DNA from: Christensenellaceae bacterium
Lineage (GTDB): Bacteria; Bacillota; Clostridia; Christensenellales; Christensenellaceae
Reading direction: 5' to 3'
Assembly: GCA_036660175.1 (NCBI GenBank)
Contig: JAVXBD010000001.1
Location: forward strand, 4,511-68,510
Length of the DNA stretch: 64,000 bases
This document shows, piece after piece, positions 9,581 to 18,067 of this stretch; within the stretch, counting starts at the first letter, position 1; each line of letters opens with the position of its first letter. The notes under the pieces were generated by a model. That model saw nothing but the letters and a program-made list of their open reading frames with translations. It ran no database searches and was not told where the DNA came from. The position numbers and the translations under genes are program-made.

Positions 9581-10900
9581 ATGATTAAAAAAATAGCATT
9601 TGTACTTTCGGTTGTCTTATCAGTCTGCTGTTTTTCAACATCGTGCTTCAACCAGCAAAAATCTGCGCCAAAAACTGGCATTACCATCAAATGCGCACTC
9701 ATTGGTTATGGTGACTATGAAAAGCTATACGAGAGCATCCCAATTTTTGAAGATCAAACAGGAATTGATGTGGAAATTGTTTATCTTGATAATCACTTTG
9801 AACTTGATAAAAAGCTAAAAAGAGATTTCTTGTCTGATACCGATGATTATGATGTAATCTCAAATCACTCAAGTTTTTATTCACAGTATATTGATTACTT
9901 AGAACCTTTAAATCAATATTTTTCACAAGAAGAACTTACAGACTTTTTGCCACGTCTTTTAAATAGCGGCAAACAAAACGGAAATTTATATTTAATGCCT
10001 CGCCATGCAGACATCAGCTCTATTTTATATCGCACCGATCTTTTTAAAGATGAAAATTATAAAAAGCAGTTTTTTGATACATATCATCGTGAACTTAGCG
10101 TACCTCAAACATGGGATGAATTTGAGCAAGTTGCGACTTTTTTTGGACAATTTGAAGGATTATATGGGACACAATTTGCAGGAAAAGAAGAAGCATTAAC
10201 AGGAAGATTTTATGAGGTATTGCTCGCAAATGGCGGACACTTCATTGATAATACTGGAAATGCTGTCTTTAATAGTCCACAAGGCATCAAATCTGCCATG
10301 ATGTTCAAAAATTTATATCAAAACGGCTCTGTTCCTGAAGATACTTTTGATTATCTTTGGGACGATCTTGCCAAAAATTTCGCTTCTGGCAATGTTGCTA
10401 TTTATGTTGAATGGTACAGCTATTATTCATTCCTCCAAGATCCGAAACGTTCACAAGTAGTAGGAAAATTTGATATTGCACGATTGCCCATTGGTGACGG
10501 CGGAATACACAGTGGATGGATGGGCATGCACGGCTTCTCCATCACAAAAAATTCGAATCATAAAGAGCAGTCCGCAGAATTGATACGCTTTCTTACAAAC
10601 AAAGATAGCTCTTATGCAGAAGCAAAAATAGGATATTTACCTGTACGCTCTTCCGTATGGAATCGTGTGATCTCTGACGCAAGATTTGATGATATGCAAC
10701 AAAAGCGTTTGGAGCTTGCAAAACTTCAATTATCCGAAGATTCTTTTACACCACCGCTGACACCCGAATGGATTTCCGCATCGGATATTTTCTATCCTAT
10801 TTTCCAACAAATTATATCAGGAGAACAAGATATAAAGACTGGGCTTGATGATGCTGCCCACCAAATTAATTCTATGTCACAAAGAAACACGTATTTCTAA
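9581..10900 (+). CDS. Extracellular solute-binding protein, family 1 (sugar-type), lipoprotein, with no cognate permease genes nearby
   Basis: Signal peptide with Cys-rich lipobox region (VLSVCCFSTSC). The 439-aa length and sequence character fit MalE/family-1 binding proteins. There is a strong ribosome-binding site (GGAGGAAG). Confidence 0.75.
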   Translation: MIKKIAFVLSVVLSVCCFSTSCFNQQKSAPKTGITIKCALIGYGDYEKLYESIPIFEDQTGIDVEIVYLDNHFELDKKLKRDFLSDTDDYDVISNHSSFYSQYIDYLEPLNQYFSQEELTDFLPRLLNSGKQNGNLYLMPRHADISSILYRTDLFKDENYKKQFFDTYHRELSVPQTWDEFEQVATFFGQFEGLYGTQFAGKEEALTGRFYEVLLANGGHFIDNTGNAVFNSPQGIKSAMMFKNLYQNGSVPEDTFDYLWDDLAKNFASGNVAIYVEWYSYYSFLQDPKRSQVVGKFDIARLPIGDGGIHSGWMGMHGFSITKNSNHKEQSAELIRFLTNKDSSYAEAKIGYLPVRSSVWNRVISDARFDDMQQKRLELAKLQLSEDSFTPPLTPEWISASDIFYPIFQQIISGEQDIKTGLDDAAHQINSMSQRNTYF

Positions 10901-10903
10901 AGT

Positions 10904-12166
10904 TTAATATTCACAAGACACGACCTTCATATATCGGCGCAGTGCCAAATCTCCATCATGTGCAATTCCGCAATAACTTTTCGACATATTTTCACCATTT
11001 GTGATGCGCACAACACCAGTATGAAAGAATAGATCCTCGAACTCTTGCCGATCTTCTTCTTCACACACCAATGCCACCGTCTGCAAATGGTTTTTATAAC
11101 CAATCATTTCTATTAATAATCGGTTTTTCGGCAATGGTTTTACCCAACAATTTCGAAACATATAGGACGGTTCGAGCAGACTGTTATTATACGCAATTAC
11201 GCCACAATTTTTTGTTCTAAAAACGCTTTTATTTCCAGTATTGATTGCCTCCAGCTCTTCTGTACAGCACTCCAACGTTTTTTGCGCATGGATATATAAA
11301 TCATCTTGCTGTGGCATACTTTGTGATTTAGAATCCAATATTCTGCAGAATCGCCGAGCAAATACGATTACTTCTTCAAAGTCATCGGTATCCACATAAA
11401 TACCTTGGCATGAGTTGCAAAACAGTTGGTTCGTATCGCATATATTATACGCAATTTTTTCTAATTCATCATCTGCAATGTTTTTACCCGAAACATATGC
11501 AAAACTGATTTTATGCCCCCACTCAATGATTTTAGTATTTGGCTTTGCAAGTTTTCTTACAGCGCTTACGGCTGTATCGCCGCCCCATACAACAATTGCG
11601 TCTGCAGCGTCCGCCATCTTCTTCATAGATTCTATATCTTCAGATGGATAATCAAACACCACCACATAATTCGCAATCAGCGGATAGTATTGTATTAATT
11701 TCTGCAAAATCAAAATAGAAAGTCCATTGTCTTGCCCTGGCAATTTCAGAAGATTGATGTTACCAGTAATCAGTCCCTCAATCACACTAAAAACAGGTAA
11801 TGCATCCACATTTCCTGCTGCAATATGCAAAAGCACACCCAACGGTCTATACTTCTGCTGTACTTTTTTTGTGCTTGCAACATTTGGTAAGACCCACTCT
11901 GTTTTTGTACCTAATTCTAACTCTAATCTTTTTTCAAGATACTCCCTGCTCATCATATACTTAACGATTTGCAGCTCCTCACGTGCCTTATATTCAGGTA
12001 TTCCAACATCAGTCAACAATGTAAGATGCTGCCTCTCATGAAGGCTTTTAGAGAGTTTGTCGCACGCATCAATCACCGCCTGCACAGAAAGTTTTTCATT
12101 CTCATAAGCATGGCATATCAGTGCTTTTAACTGATTAAGCTGTTCTTTGTTTCGATTTTCCTCCAT
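10904..12166 (-). CDS. LuxC-family acyl-CoA (acyl-protein) reductase homologue
   Basis: Matches remembered LuxC blocks: LLHIAAGNV (LuxC HLLAGNV), AADAIVVWGGDTAV (ADVIVAWGGPDAI), a catalytic-Cys region CDTNQLFCNSCQGIYV (CFYDQRACFSAQNIYY), and C-terminal GIAHDGDLALRRYMKVVS (GGSHDGMRPLQRLVTYIS). It is coupled to the upstream gene by a TAATG overlap. Confidence 0.8.
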   Translation of the reverse strand: MEENRNKEQLNQLKALICHAYENEKLSVQAVIDACDKLSKSLHERQHLTLLTDVGIPEYKAREELQIVKYMMSREYLEKRLELELGTKTEWVLPNVASTKKVQQKYRPLGVLLHIAAGNVDALPVFSVIEGLITGNINLLKLPGQDNGLSILILQKLIQYYPLIANYVVVFDYPSEDIESMKKMADAADAIVVWGGDTAVSAVRKLAKPNTKIIEWGHKISFAYVSGKNIADDELEKIAYNICDTNQLFCNSCQGIYVDTDDFEEVIVFARRFCRILDSKSQSMPQQDDLYIHAQKTLECCTEELEAINTGNKSVFRTKNCGVIAYNNSLLEPSYMFRNCWVKPLPKNRLLIEMIGYKNHLQTVALVCEEEDRQEFEDLFFHTGVVRITNGENMSKSYCGIAHDGDLALRRYMKVVSCEY

Positions 12167-13284
12167 TATATTCGCCCTTCCAATAACTCTGCTGCATCAG
12201 TTGTACATGTTTTAATTTGCTGCACCCCTGCACGTCCTTTTAATTCAAAATAAGGTGTTTTGATTTTACATCCGCATTCTTTTGTATCATGTAAAATTGC
12301 TAAATCATCCGTAACAATGCTTGTAAGCGGCATACTTTGCACCAATGGTGTCACAAAGCTCAACAGTCCTATCTGACCATTTCTAACGGGTTCTAAAGTA
12401 TTTACATCACGAATAATTACTCGGCTATAAATTGGAACATGAAAATGACCGTTTTCGCATTTGCAATAAGGAAGCGGATGCTCTACTGTGCTAAAAAACT
12501 CAAGACAGTTTGCTTTTTCAATCCCTAACGTTTCTTTGATTAAAGAGTAAAAATGATTATGATCAATTTCTTGGTTTGAAAACTGCTTCCATCCGCCTCC
12601 CAAAAGAATCTTTGAATGGCGATTGAGTTTTAAGCAAATTCCATTTTCTTTTAGTGACTGTACGAGAAAATACATATAAGATGGAAATCCAACAAATCGT
12701 ACAGGAAATCCCTGCTTTGCATAGCGAATAAGCGATTCTTTGATTTTCTCAATATTAGGCTCATATCTCGTTCCCGTATCTTTCAGCGCATATTCTCTGT
12801 GCAATGCAGGTGCAAATTTCGTAGTACCATATGCCGTCTTAATAGCACCCATTTGTGTATGCTTGCTTGGTTCATATCCTAAAACAATATAATTTGTCGG
12901 AATCGGAGAAATCACTTTATAATACGAAAAAAAGCGTATCATCATTATTATGCCATAAAACAATGTATTTTTATCTAATGCGATGATACTTTGTGCTCCC
13001 TTTGTTCCAGAAGATGCTGCCTGTATAGCCAAGTCTTTTTTCTGCCTCGAAAACATTCGATTACGCTTAAAATAAAGTGATGGAAACACAGGAACTTTAT
13101 ACAAATCTTCCTTTGTGTGCAGCATCTCTACGTTAAAATTCCGAGCTTCCAATATCTTTTTATAAGGTTCACAATGTTTCGTATGAAATGATATATTTTC
13201 TTTTACTGCCTCAAAAAACAACTCCTGCGTATTTTGTAAATCATATGGATTCTTATGAAAAAAAAGTTTCATTCTACAACTCAT
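12166..13284 (-). CDS. LuxE-family acyl-protein synthetase homologue
   Basis: Matches remembered LuxE blocks: VPVFPSLYFK (LuxE IPVFPTSVFK), ASSGTKG (TSSGTNG), LLGGGWKQF (ITGGGWKSY) and IVTDDLAIL (IVTDDVGII). AGGAAG ribosome-binding site and an extended -10 (TGgTATAAT) upstream. Confidence 0.8.
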   Translation of the reverse strand: MSCRMKLFFHKNPYDLQNTQELFFEAVKENISFHTKHCEPYKKILEARNFNVEMLHTKEDLYKVPVFPSLYFKRNRMFSRQKKDLAIQAASSGTKGAQSIIALDKNTLFYGIIMMIRFFSYYKVISPIPTNYIVLGYEPSKHTQMGAIKTAYGTTKFAPALHREYALKDTGTRYEPNIEKIKESLIRYAKQGFPVRFVGFPSYMYFLVQSLKENGICLKLNRHSKILLGGGWKQFSNQEIDHNHFYSLIKETLGIEKANCLEFFSTVEHPLPYCKCENGHFHVPIYSRVIIRDVNTLEPVRNGQIGLLSFVTPLVQSMPLTSIVTDDLAILHDTKECGCKIKTPYFELKGRAGVQQIKTCTTDAAELLEGRI

Positions 13285-13357
13285 AAAACCACTTCCTGCT
13301 CATATTTCTTTGATGGCAATTATACCATACTTAAACGATTCTGAATTTTATACAATT

Positions 13358-13400
13358 GTAAAAAAGTTTACATACACTCAATAAGAGTATCTGTAAACTT
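13358..13400 (-). terminator. Rho-independent terminator after the tRNA cluster
   Basis: On the minus strand AAGTTTACA (RC of 13392-13400) pairs with TGTAAACTT (RC of 13364-13372). It has a 19-nt loop and is followed by a T-run. Confidence 0.55.
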
Positions 13401-13407
13401 CTTGTTT

Positions 13408-13481
13408 TGGAGGCGCCACCCAGATTTGAACTGGGGGTAAGAGCTTTGCAGGCTCCTGCCTTACCACTTGGCTATGGCGCC
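13408..13481 (-). tRNA. tRNA-Cys (GCA)
   Basis: RC reads GGCGCCATAGCCAAGTGGTAAGGCAGGAGCCTGCAAAGCTCTTACCCCCAGTTCAAATCTGGGTGGCGCCTCCA. The cloverleaf folds by hand, the anticodon loop is CTGCAAA, and CCA is encoded. Confidence 0.95.
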
Positions 13482-13484
13482 GTA

Positions 13485-13559
13485 TGGAGCGGAAGACGAG
13501 ATTCGAACTCGCGACTTTCACCTTGGCAAGGTGACACTCTACCACTGAGTCACTCCCGC
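13485..13559 (-). tRNA. tRNA-Gly (GCC)
   Basis: RC reads GCGGGAGTGACTCAGTGGTAGAGTGTCACCTTGCCAAGGTGAAAGTCGCGAGTTCGAATCTCGTCTTCCGCTCCA. The anticodon loop is TTGCCAA and CCA is encoded. Confidence 0.95.
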
Positions 13560-13580
13560 ATACAGTTAGCATTTATATAG

Positions 13581-13657
13581 TGGCGACCTGGAAGAGACTC
13601 GAACTCTCGACCTCTAGCGTGACAGGCTAGCGTTCTAACCAACTGAACTACCAGGCC
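13581..13657 (-). tRNA. tRNA-Asp (GTC)
   Basis: RC reads GGCCTGGTAGTTCAGTTGGTTAGAACGCTAGCCTGTCACGCTAGAGGTCGAGAGTTCGAGTCTCTTCCAGGTCGCCA. The anticodon loop is CTGTCAC. Confidence 0.95.
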
Positions 13658-13685
13658 ACAAATAAGTAAACGTCACATAATCGAA

Positions 13686-13762
13686 TGGTGGGCCCTCAGG
13701 GACTCGAACCCCGGACCAATCGGTTATGAGCCGACCGCTCTGACCAACTGAGCTAAGGGCCC
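13686..13762 (-). tRNA. tRNA with CAT anticodon (elongator type; Met by the table, but resembles lysidine-dependent tRNA-Ile2)
   Basis: RC reads GGGCCCTTAGCTCAGTTGGTCAGAGCGGTCGGCTCATAACCGATTGGTCCGGGGTTCGAGTCCCTGAGGGCCCACCA. A G1-C72 pair and the lack of a GGG/CCC anticodon stem exclude an initiator. The acceptor stem (C4-G69, C5-G68) and the CTCATAA loop resemble tRNA-Ile2. Confidence 0.9.
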
Positions 13763-13802
13763 GCATAATGCTAAGAACGTGTTTTTAATTTAATAAGTTT
13801 AT

Positions 13803-13877
13803 TGGTGACCCCAATGGGACTTGAACCCATGTTACCGCCGTGAAAGGGCGATGTCTTAACCGCTTGACCATGGGGCC
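13803..13877 (-). tRNA. tRNA-Glu (TTC)
   Basis: RC reads GGCCCCATGGTCAAGCGGTTAAGACATCGCCCTTTCACGGCGGTAACATGGGTTCAAGTCCCATTGGGGTCACCA. The anticodon loop is CTTTCAC. Confidence 0.95.
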
Positions 13878-13893
13878 ACGTATTAAATTAAAA

Positions 13894-13971
13894 TGGTCGG
13901 GGTGAAGGGATTCGAACCCCCGGCCCCATGCTCCCAAAGCACGTACGCTAGCCAAACTGCGCTACACCCCG
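13894..13971 (-). tRNA. tRNA-Pro (TGG)
   Basis: RC reads CGGGGTGTAGCGCAGTTTGGCTAGCGTACGTGCTTTGGGAGCATGGGGCCGGGGGTTCGAATCCCTTCACCCCGACCA. The anticodon loop is TTTGGGA. Confidence 0.95.
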
Positions 13972-14002
13972 AAACACATTCTTTTCATTTGCGACGCTTT
14001 AT

Positions 14003-14031
14003 AATATACTTGATTTTAGCTCGTTTGTCAA
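14003..14031 (-). promoter_or_regulatory. Sigma-A-type promoter for the six-tRNA cluster
   Basis: The minus strand reads TTGACA (RC of 14026-14031), a 17-nt spacer, then TATATT (RC of 14003-14008), about 30 nt upstream of tRNA-Pro. Confidence 0.55.
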
Positions 14032-14112
14032 TGTTTTTATCAAAAATAGTTGCTGAATTTTTTTATATGGATAAATATAGATTTTATAAGCCAGATGATT
14101 TATAATTACTAT

Positions 14113-15477
14113 ATGAAGAATTTAGATGAATTAAAACAATATATTAAGAATCACTGTTTAAAATATCATATTTCAACCTATGGTTGTAAGATGAACGAGC
14201 ATGAGTCCGAAAAATTAGCAGGCATACTAGAAAGCCTTGGCTATATTGATACAACTTGTCAAGAAAATGCAGATTTTATTGTTTTTAATACTTGCTGTGT
14301 TCGTGAAAATGCTGAGGATAAAACATTTGGAAATGTTGGTGCACTCAAAGGTCGTAAAAAAAGCAATGAGCATCTGATGATTTGCGTTTGTGGATGTATG
14401 ATGCAGCAGCAGGAAGCTGCTCAAAAACTTGCCGATATGTTTCCGTTTGTCGATATTGTTTTTGGTACGCACAACGTCCATAAACTTGCCGATATGATTT
14501 TGCAGCGAGTGCGTGACCAGAAGCGGGTGATGAACGTGTGGCAGACAGAGGGTGAAATTCACGAAAATACACCTGTAAAAAGACAAAATGCGTTTAGCGC
14601 AGATGTTAATATTATGTATGGCTGCAATAATTTCTGTTCTTATTGTATCGTGCCATATGTACGAGGGCGTGAGCGTTCACGTGACTCTAAAAAAATTGTT
14701 TCTGAAATCAATTCTTTATATGATGAAGGATTCAGTGAAATCACATTGCTCGGACAAAATGTGAATTCTTATGATGCAGGAGATTGTATGCGGTTTGCGC
14801 AATTGCTGCAAAAAATCTGTAAAGATACAAAAATACCACGGATACGCTTTATGACGTCACATCCAAAAGATTTATCCGACGAGTTGATTGATGTGATTGC
14901 AGCAAATCCGCAAATATGTAAGCATATTCATTTGCCTGTTCAGTCAGGCAGCAGTCATATTTTAAAGCTAATGAACCGTAAATATACACGTGAAGCATAT
15001 ATGAGCCTTGTGCAGAAGATTCGCAAGGCAATTCCTTCAATTGCGATAACAACAGATATTATTGTTGGGTTTCCTGGTGAAAGTGACGCAGATTTTGAAG
15101 ATACAATGTCGCTGGTTGATGAAATTCAATTCGATTCCGCTTATACATTTGTCTATTCAAAGAGAAATGGTACTGCCGCTGCACGCATGACAGACGTTGT
15201 TGAGGAAAGCGTGCAAAGAGAGCGTATTATGCGCTTGATTTCTTTACAAAACAGGATCACAGAGAAGTGCAATCAAAAGTACGAAGGAAAAATAGAAAAA
15301 ATATTGGTTGAGAGTGTCAGTATAAAAAATAAGAATCATCTGTTTGGGCGAACACAGAGTTCTAAAATTGTAAACTTTGAAGGCGATGTTAGCCTGATAG
15401 GAAAGTTTTGCGATGTGAAAATTACACAGGGAAAACGATCAACGCTTTTTGGAGAATTAAAAAACTATGGGGAATAA
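14113..15477 (+). CDS. miaB: tRNA-2-methylthio-N6-dimethylallyladenosine synthase (radical SAM methylthiotransferase)
   Basis: N-terminal MTTase Cys triad region (TYGCKMNEHESE, FNTCCVRE, VCGCM), radical-SAM CNNFCSYCIVP, and a C-terminal TRAM domain. I chose the start at MKNLDEL. The upstream 21 codons of the ORF track look non-coding. Confidence 0.9.
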   Translation: MKNLDELKQYIKNHCLKYHISTYGCKMNEHESEKLAGILESLGYIDTTCQENADFIVFNTCCVRENAEDKTFGNVGALKGRKKSNEHLMICVCGCMMQQQEAAQKLADMFPFVDIVFGTHNVHKLADMILQRVRDQKRVMNVWQTEGEIHENTPVKRQNAFSADVNIMYGCNNFCSYCIVPYVRGRERSRDSKKIVSEINSLYDEGFSEITLLGQNVNSYDAGDCMRFAQLLQKICKDTKIPRIRFMTSHPKDLSDELIDVIAANPQICKHIHLPVQSGSSHILKLMNRKYTREAYMSLVQKIRKAIPSIAITTDIIVGFPGESDADFEDTMSLVDEIQFDSAYTFVYSKRNGTAAARMTDVVEESVQRERIMRLISLQNRITEKCNQKYEGKIEKILVESVSIKNKNHLFGRTQSSKIVNFEGDVSLIGKFCDVKITQGKRSTLFGELKNYGE

Positions 15478-18067
15478 AACCGCAAAATTAACGCCGATGA
15501 TGCAGCAATATTTAGAATTAAAAGAACAATACAGTGATTGTATTGTTATGTTTCGTTTAGGCGATTTTTACGAGATGTTTTTTGAGGATGCAAAGATTGC
15601 TTCAAAAGAGCTGGAAATCGCATTGACTGGCAGAGACTGCGGACTTTCAGAGCGTGCGCCAATGTGTGGCGTGCCACATCATGCAGTAGAAACGTACATT
15701 AATAAGTTGATTTTAAATGGAAGAAAAGTTGCCATTTGTGATCAGTTGGAGCTTCCATCTGCCGCACAAGGTATTGTAAAGCGTGGTATTACACGCATCA
15801 TAACGCCCGGAACAGTTATAGAGAATTCTATGCTTACCGAGTCCGAAAATAATTATATTTTATGCATTGCCTATCAAACAGAAAGTATTGGCATTGCATA
15901 TTGTGATGTTTCAACAGGTGAGTTTTGCTGTGCACAGCTTTCAGATACACAGGCGCTTTTAAACGAAATCGCCAGAATCAATCCAAAAGAGATTTTAGTA
16001 GCTGATTCATGCGTAAAAGAAACACTTGTGCTTCTGGAAAAATCAATATTTAAAAACACGTTTGTTAATCCATATTATGACGGAGCTTTTGAAAATGAAG
16101 CTGCAAAAAAAGTCTTGTATGCTCACTTTCATATGAAGTCTTTGGCTGGCTTTGGAATAGATGAACAATGTTTTTCTGTGGGTGCGGCAGGTGCGCTGAT
16201 GCAGTATTTGTGCGATACGCAAAAGAACTCCTTGATGCACATTACAAAAATAACAGTATTATCAGACAACACCAATATGATTATTGACAGTAGCACACGA
16301 AGAAACTTGGAACTGACACAGACGCTGATGGAAGGCGCAAAAAAAGGTTCGCTTTTGTGGCTACTTGATAAAACAAAAACAGCGATGGGTGCAAGACTGC
16401 TCAAAAAATATGTTCTGCAGCCTTTAAAAAATATTGATTTGATTAATGAAAGATTAGATGCAGTTTCCGAAATCAAAGACAATCTTTATTTGCGGAATTC
16501 TTTAATTGACTATTTAGGTGGAATTTATGATTTAGAGCGGATTATTACCAAAATTTCCTATGGTACAATTGATGCAAAGGACTGTATTTCTTTAAAAAAC
16601 TCCATCAATGCGCTACCATACATTAAAAATCTGCTTAAAGATGCAAGCTCCATTCTTTTAAAAAGGCTTTATAATGAACTTGATGATTTACATGATATTT
16701 TTGATATTTTGGAGTGCGCAATCAACGAAGATGCGCCTGCTGGAATTATGGACGGCAATATCATTAAAAAAGGTTTCAGCGATGAAGTTGACAAGCTGAT
16801 AGAAGCTTCTACCAATGGAAAAACGTGGTTAGCAGAGCTTGAATCACGTGAAAAAGCAGATACAGGCATCAAAAACTTAAAAGTTGGGTATAATAAAGTA
16901 TTCGGATATTTTATAGAAGTCACAAAATCAAATATCGCACAAGTACCTTATCGTTATCTTCGTAAACAAACACTTTCAAACTGTGAACGCTACATTACCG
17001 AAGAACTAAAGGAAATGGAAGATACCATTCTTGGCGCAGAAGAAAAACGCTGCAGTGTGGAATATGAAGTGTTCCTTAAAATCAGAGATATTCTTGGAAA
17101 GAACGTTTCACGTATGCAGTCATGTGCGCTTGCTGTTGCAGCTCTTGATGTGATGCAGTCATATGCATTTGTTGCCTACGAAAACAACTATATACGGCCT
17201 GCTATGGTGCGTGATGGCAGAATAGAGATTGAGCAGGGGAGGCATCCTGTTGTTGAAAGCTTAGTAAAGCAAGGCTTTGTTCCAAATGACGCTTTGCTTG
17301 ATTGCTCACAGAACAATTTATTGTTGATTACTGGTCCAAACATGGCAGGGAAGAGTACCTACATGCGTCAGGTTGGACTGATTACATTGATGGCTCACAT
17401 CGGATGTTTTGTACCCGCCCAAAAAGCAACCATTTGTCTTGTTGACAGAATTTTTACACGTGTGGGTGCATCGGACGATTTAGCATCCGGACAAAGCACC
17501 TTTATGGTAGAAATGAATGAACTTGCCAATATTCTTAATAATGCAACCCCTGACAGCTTATTGATATTAGACGAGATTGGCAGGGGAACAAGCACCATTG
17601 ATGGTCTTTCAATTGCATGGTCAAGCGTGGAATACATTATCAATCATTTGCACGCAAAAACATTGTTTGCAACGCATTATCATGAATTGGTTGAACTTGA
17701 AAATATGTTTGACGGTATTAAGAATTATTCAGTTGCCGTAAAAGAGCTTGCAAGTGACATTGTTTTTCTTCATAAGATTGTTGAAGGCGGGACGGATAAG
17801 AGCTTTGGTATTGAGGTCGCAAAACTTGCTGGATTGCCCAAAATAGTCATCAGCCGTGCAAGAGAGTTTTTGGATAAACTTCAAAACTATGAAATTTCCA
17901 TTACGGAAAATTCAAATATAAAAAAAGATACACCTCAAAAAGCAGAACTGCCTAAATGTATGCAGAAAATTAAAAAAATAAATACAGATTTATTGACACC
18001 GCTTGAAGCGCTTAATTTTTTAAATGAATTGAAGCAGGAGTTGGACGATTGGAGTCATGATGAATAG
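15467..18067 (+). CDS. mutS: DNA mismatch repair protein MutS
   Basis: TPMMQQYLELK N-terminus, Walker A GPNMAGKST, and the DEIGRGTST motif. 866 aa. Confidence 0.97.
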   Translation: MGNKTAKLTPMMQQYLELKEQYSDCIVMFRLGDFYEMFFEDAKIASKELEIALTGRDCGLSERAPMCGVPHHAVETYINKLILNGRKVAICDQLELPSAAQGIVKRGITRIITPGTVIENSMLTESENNYILCIAYQTESIGIAYCDVSTGEFCCAQLSDTQALLNEIARINPKEILVADSCVKETLVLLEKSIFKNTFVNPYYDGAFENEAAKKVLYAHFHMKSLAGFGIDEQCFSVGAAGALMQYLCDTQKNSLMHITKITVLSDNTNMIIDSSTRRNLELTQTLMEGAKKGSLLWLLDKTKTAMGARLLKKYVLQPLKNIDLINERLDAVSEIKDNLYLRNSLIDYLGGIYDLERIITKISYGTIDAKDCISLKNSINALPYIKNLLKDASSILLKRLYNELDDLHDIFDILECAINEDAPAGIMDGNIIKKGFSDEVDKLIEASTNGKTWLAELESREKADTGIKNLKVGYNKVFGYFIEVTKSNIAQVPYRYLRKQTLSNCERYITEELKEMEDTILGAEEKRCSVEYEVFLKIRDILGKNVSRMQSCALAVAALDVMQSYAFVAYENNYIRPAMVRDGRIEIEQGRHPVVESLVKQGFVPNDALLDCSQNNLLLITGPNMAGKSTYMRQVGLITLMAHIGCFVPAQKATICLVDRIFTRVGASDDLASGQSTFMVEMNELANILNNATPDSLLILDEIGRGTSTIDGLSIAWSSVEYIINHLHAKTLFATHYHELVELENMFDGIKNYSVAVKELASDIVFLHKIVEGGTDKSFGIEVAKLAGLPKIVISRAREFLDKLQNYEISITENSNIKKDTPQKAELPKCMQKIKKINTDLLTPLEALNFLNELKQELDDWSHDE

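Noticed and set aside
13378-14105. Small ORFs 13378-13572 (-) and 13893-14105 (+)
   Set aside because: They overlap hand-folded tRNA genes. The translated sequences are simply tRNA sequence read as protein.
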